From contig JANXRK010000065.1 in NCBI GenBank assembly GCA_025353045.1, positions 1 to 36,831 of the forward strand: DNA of 36,831 nt. The letters run 5' to 3'. Numbering within the stretch: the stretch's first letter is position 1; each line of letters starts with the position of its first letter. The position numbers were made by a program, and so were the translations under genes. The DNA comes from Candidatus Tayloriibacteriota bacterium. GTDB taxonomy: Bacteria > Patescibacteriota > Minisyncoccia > Phycocordibacterales > PALSA-1337. Below the pieces are notes generated by a model. The model worked only from the letters and a program-made list of their open reading frames with translations. It made no database searches and had not been told where the DNA came from. Positions 33,375 through 36,831 of this stretch are shown here, piece by piece.

Positions 33375-34598
33375 ATGTCACATTTTATTTATAAAGCAAA
33401 AAAGGCAAGTGGAGAAATATACAAAGGCGAAAAAGATGCTAATGATCGTTATGATCTATATAAAATTCTCAAAGAATCTGGCGAAGAGGTTATCGATGTG
33501 ACAGAAAAATCTGGAAAAGGCATGTCTTTGAAAAATATCACTATCACGCTTCCTTTTTTAAACTCTATAAAAGCACAAGATAAAATAAATTTTGCAAGAA
33601 ATCTAGGTTCTATGATTACAGCTGGTTTAGCAATGTCTCGCGCACTCAACGTTATGGAAAGACAAACTAAGAATCCTGCACTGAAAAAAGTTCTTATTGC
33701 TTTGCAAAAGGATATTAGTGAGGGTAAGACCCTGAGTCAAGCTATGGGTAATTTTAAAAATGTTTTCTCATCACTTTTCGTTTCTATGGTTGCAGCTGGG
33801 GAACAAAGTGGTTCGTTAGCTGAGTCTTTGAGAATCACTGGTCTGCAAATGGATAAATCTTTTGCCCTTCAGAGAAGAATACGAGGAGCTATGATGTATC
33901 CAAGTATTATTTTCTTGGCCATGGGACTTGTGGCTATTTTGATGTTGACCTATATCGTACCGACATTGATGAAAACCTTTTTGGAATTGCACGTAGACCT
34001 ACCGGCTTCGACTAAGTTCGTTCTTTTTGTTAGTTCAATGCTTAGAGATCATGGGCTTATTGTTTTGTCGTCCGCTTGTATTCTTATCGGTGGACTCATC
34101 ACATGGTCAAAGAAAGAGAGTGGGAAAAGAGTTTTTCATTACGCGATTTTGAAAATACCTGTAATAGGAAATTTGGTTAAAGAAGTAAATTCCGCAAGAA
34201 CAGCTCGAACTCTTTCATCTCTCCTTAGTTCAGGTGTTGATGTTGTTGAATCAGTGCGTATTACAACTGAAGTTATTCAAAATGTTTATTACAAAGATAT
34301 ATTAAAAAAAGCGGGTGAAGCAATCCAAAAAGGAGAACCAATTTCTAAACTCTTCACTGAAAATGAAAAGTTTTATCCAATTTTCTTAGGAGAAATGATG
34401 AGTGTGGGTGAAGAGACCGGGAAAATAGGGGAGATGCTTATAGGCGTTGCTGTGTTTTATGAAGATGATGTCGATCAAAAGACCAAAGACATGTCTACAG
34501 TTATCGAACCATTTCTTATGGTAATTATCGGAGCCGCGGTAGGATTCTTTGCGGTTGCTATGATCACTCCAATGTATTCACTCGTAAATGTTATATAA
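33375..34598 (+). CDS. pilC: type IV pilus platform protein (PilC/GspF family)
   Basis: It has two GspF-type repeats (FARNLGSMITAGLAMSRAL and TARTLSSLLSSGVDVVESV) and three TM segments. Confidence 0.9.
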   Translation: MSHFIYKAKKASGEIYKGEKDANDRYDLYKILKESGEEVIDVTEKSGKGMSLKNITITLPFLNSIKAQDKINFARNLGSMITAGLAMSRALNVMERQTKNPALKKVLIALQKDISEGKTLSQAMGNFKNVFSSLFVSMVAAGEQSGSLAESLRITGLQMDKSFALQRRIRGAMMYPSIIFLAMGLVAILMLTYIVPTLMKTFLELHVDLPASTKFVLFVSSMLRDHGLIVLSSACILIGGLITWSKKESGKRVFHYAILKIPVIGNLVKEVNSARTARTLSSLLSSGVDVVESVRITTEVIQNVYYKDILKKAGEAIQKGEPISKLFTENEKFYPIFLGEMMSVGEETGKIGEMLIGVAVFYEDDVDQKTKDMSTVIEPFLMVIIGAAVGFFAVAMITPMYSLVNVI

Positions 34599-36387
34599 AA
34601 CATTATTAAAAAATAGAAAAGGCTTTACTCTAGTCGAAACGATCGTTGGTATCGGAGTCTTTCTTGTCATTGCCACGGCTTCATATCAAGCATATGTCAG
34701 TCTTTTTCTTCTTATTAATGAAAATCAATATAAAATTATTGAGCTTAATCTCGCCAATGAACAATTTGAGATCGTTAGGAATCTCTCATATGCCGATATT
34801 GGAATTCCTGGAGGAATTCCTAATGGTAAGGTTCCGCATGTGCAAACACTCACTCGAGGAGGTATAACTTTTACCGTGACAACTACAATACGAAATATCG
34901 ATTTGCCTTTTGATGGACAAATCGGAAGTACTACAAAAAATGATCTATCACCGGCAGATAATAAAGCTGTGGATGTTGAGGTTGCTTGTCCAACATGTAA
35001 AAGCTCAAGTTCTGTCACTTTGAGTACAACTGTAGCCCCTAAAAATCTCGAGACTGCTTCTACAAATGGAGCCCTTCTTATAAAAGTATTTGATTCAAAC
35101 GGCGTTCCAGTCTCAGATGCTGCTGTCCATATTGTAAATGCTTCATCGACAATCACTATTGATGATGTTACAGATGTCGATGGAATACTTACTATTGTTG
35201 ATGTTCCTCCAGCTTCTAATGCATATAAAATTACAGTTAGTAAGGCGGGATATTCGACAGATCAAACATATCCTTCAGGTGCAGTAGAGAATCCGACTCC
35301 GACTAAGCCAAACGCTACAGTTATTGTTCAACAATTAACTCAGATTAGTTTTTCTATTGATAAAATTTCAGTGTTCGCATTTTCTTCCGTCACACCTGAT
35401 TGTGTTGTTGTGCCAAATATTGATTTTTCCCTAACAGGATTAAAGAAGATTGGTACAAATATTCCAAAATATTCGCAAAATTTAATTACAAATAGTTCCG
35501 GAACATATACAAATTCAGTAATGGAATGGGATTCATATACTGTAAATGGTATTGATGGGGCTTACGATATCGTCGGTATTAATCCGCTTAACTCAATAAG
35601 TTTAGGGGCAAACACAACACAGAACGTTTCTTTGATAGTTGAACCTAAAAACGCTAAAAGTCTTTTGATGACTATTAAGGATTCTACAACGTTACTTCCA
35701 ATTACAAATGCTGTAGTTCAAGTAACAAACGGTGGATACGATGTCACTCAAACAACAGGTCGTGGTTTTATAAATCAAACTGATTGGTCAGGAGGAAGTG
35801 GGCAAGTAGATTTTACGGATGAAACAAAGTATTTTACTGATGATGGAAATATTGCCGTATTAAGTCCAACAGGCGAAGTGAAATTAAAAAGTGCTTTTGG
35901 AGCTTATAATACAAGCGGAAGTCTTGAATCTTCAATAATTGACACGGGTTCGCCAAGTAATTTTTATAATCTTATCTGGACGCCGACAGATCAGCCAGTT
36001 CTTACTGGGCCAAACAGTGTCAAATTCCAATTTGCAACAAACGCTACAAGTACAGCAACGACAACATGGACGTATAAAGGTCCTGATGGAACATCATCTA
36101 CCTACTACACTTCAGCAAACGCAGCACTTTCTACAGTCCACAACGGTGATCGATATGCTCGTTATAAGGTATTTTTAAATACCACGAGTACTACGACTAC
36201 ACCAAATATTTCAGATGTTTCATTTACAGAAACTTCTTCATGTACTCCTCCTGGCCAAGCAGTTTTCTCAGGATTGGCATCGGGAACATATCATGTAGTG
36301 GTTGGAAAGAGTGGATATGCAACATCAACTATCGACGTTCCAGTTAGTACTGAGTGGAAGGAACAGGAAATAATCTTAGGACCATAA
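34588..36387 (+). CDS. giant pseudopilin: prepilin-type N-terminus fused to beta-sandwich (CarboxypepD_reg-like) domains
   Basis: The class III signal is KNRKGFTLVETIVGIGVFLVI. VHIVNASS..DVDGILTIVDVPPASNAYKITVSKAGYS and a second ..YHVVVGKSGYAT are carboxypeptidase-regulatory-like repeats. It overlaps pilC by 11 nt. Confidence 0.7.
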   Translation: MLYKTLLKNRKGFTLVETIVGIGVFLVIATASYQAYVSLFLLINENQYKIIELNLANEQFEIVRNLSYADIGIPGGIPNGKVPHVQTLTRGGITFTVTTTIRNIDLPFDGQIGSTTKNDLSPADNKAVDVEVACPTCKSSSSVTLSTTVAPKNLETASTNGALLIKVFDSNGVPVSDAAVHIVNASSTITIDDVTDVDGILTIVDVPPASNAYKITVSKAGYSTDQTYPSGAVENPTPTKPNATVIVQQLTQISFSIDKISVFAFSSVTPDCVVVPNIDFSLTGLKKIGTNIPKYSQNLITNSSGTYTNSVMEWDSYTVNGIDGAYDIVGINPLNSISLGANTTQNVSLIVEPKNAKSLLMTIKDSTTLLPITNAVVQVTNGGYDVTQTTGRGFINQTDWSGGSGQVDFTDETKYFTDDGNIAVLSPTGEVKLKSAFGAYNTSGSLESSIIDTGSPSNFYNLIWTPTDQPVLTGPNSVKFQFATNATSTATTTWTYKGPDGTSSTYYTSANAALSTVHNGDRYARYKVFLNTTSTTTTPNISDVSFTETSSCTPPGQAVFSGLASGTYHVVVGKSGYATSTIDVPVSTEWKEQEIILGP

Positions 36388-36388
36388 T

Positions 36389-36831
36389 ATGTATACAAAA
36401 GGATTTACATTGGCAGAAATTGTAGTTGTAGTAGGAATTTCTGGCCTTTTTGCTGTACTTGTTAGTAATTTTCAGAGAGATATTTTTCTTAATAATAAAT
36501 ATTCTCAAGACTCACTTTCAAGTGCTCAGGATGCTCGAACTATTATCCGCGTGATGGTAAAAGAGTTACGCACCGCATCCCCTGGAAGTGATGGATCATT
36601 TGCTATTGCTCAAGCAGCAACAAATACTATTACATTTTTTAGTGATACTGACGGGGATGGAATAAAAGATAAGATCCGATATTTTATTGCAACTACCACT
36701 TTGAAAAAAGGACTGATAAAACCAACAGGTAATCCCTTTACATATATTAATTCAAATGAAGTATTGACTACATTGGCTTCTGATATAAAAAATGCTACAA
36801 ACAGTTCAATGTTTGAATATTTTGATAATAC
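36389..36831 (+). CDS. prepilin-type N-terminal cleavage/methylation domain protein (pseudopilin), 3' end beyond the window
   Basis: It is absent from the ORF track because it is open at the edge. Hand translation gives MYTKGFTLAEIVVVVGISGLFAVLVSNF..., with the G/FTLAE prepilin motif. Confidence 0.7.
   Translation, partial: MYTKGFTLAEIVVVVGISGLFAVLVSNFQRDIFLNNKYSQDSLSSAQDARTIIRVMVKELRTASPGSDGSFAIAQAATNTITFFSDTDGDGIKDKIRYFIATTTLKKGLIKPTGNPFTYINSNEVLTTLASDIKNATNSSMFEYFDN

Noticed and set aside
1-36831. Alternative genetic code (UGA recoding, as in some CPR lineages), CRISPR arrays, IS elements, rRNA
   Set aside because: TGA terminates several well-delimited genes (for example 21356, 26429, 28958, 29012, 31534), and long ORFs read cleanly in code 11. 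I saw no spaced direct-repeat arrays, transposase motifs or rRNA-like sequence on either strand.

Overview
This is a low-GC bacterial chromosome segment. Ordinary 60-nt lines that I hand-counted are about 20-35 % G+C. Genes are tightly packed and the standard genetic code applies, since TGA is used as a stop. The gene content suggests a Patescibacteria/CPR-like organism (inference): a type IV pilus-like ATPase and platform with giant pseudopilins, a trigger factor that lacks its PPIase domain, W-rich secreted repeat proteins and very small intergenic gaps. Housekeeping genes recognised are comM (partial), a DksA-like gene, rpsO, a Xer recombinase, xth, cca, yraN, hup, rny, clpP, a folC-like gene, rsmE, tig and nusA. 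There are four tRNAs, Arg-TCG, Gly-GCC, Pro-TGG and Gly-TCC, and none encodes its 3' CCA. Four accessory parts stand out. (1) 24.3-28.1 kb holds a head-to-head minimal SET-domain gene and a PRMT-like methyltransferase gene. They sit next to a 7-TM membrane protein, are operonic with a 7TM sensor histidine kinase, and are bracketed by a second paralogous kinase. (2) 28.1-31.5 kb holds two Pol-beta-type nucleotidyltransferases and an alpha/beta hydrolase around a diverged GluRS/GluQ-RS-like catalytic-core paralog. (3) Three single-gene, minus-strand islands have strongly elevated GC: an ATP-grasp gene at 13-14 kb, a secreted protein at 21.3-22.4 kb and the GluRS-like gene at 28.9-30.1 kb. (4) 31.6-36.8 kb holds a PilB/PilC/pseudopilin cluster. 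No CRISPR array, rRNA, transposase or prophage genes were seen. All family assignments come from reading motifs by eye, and no database search was run.
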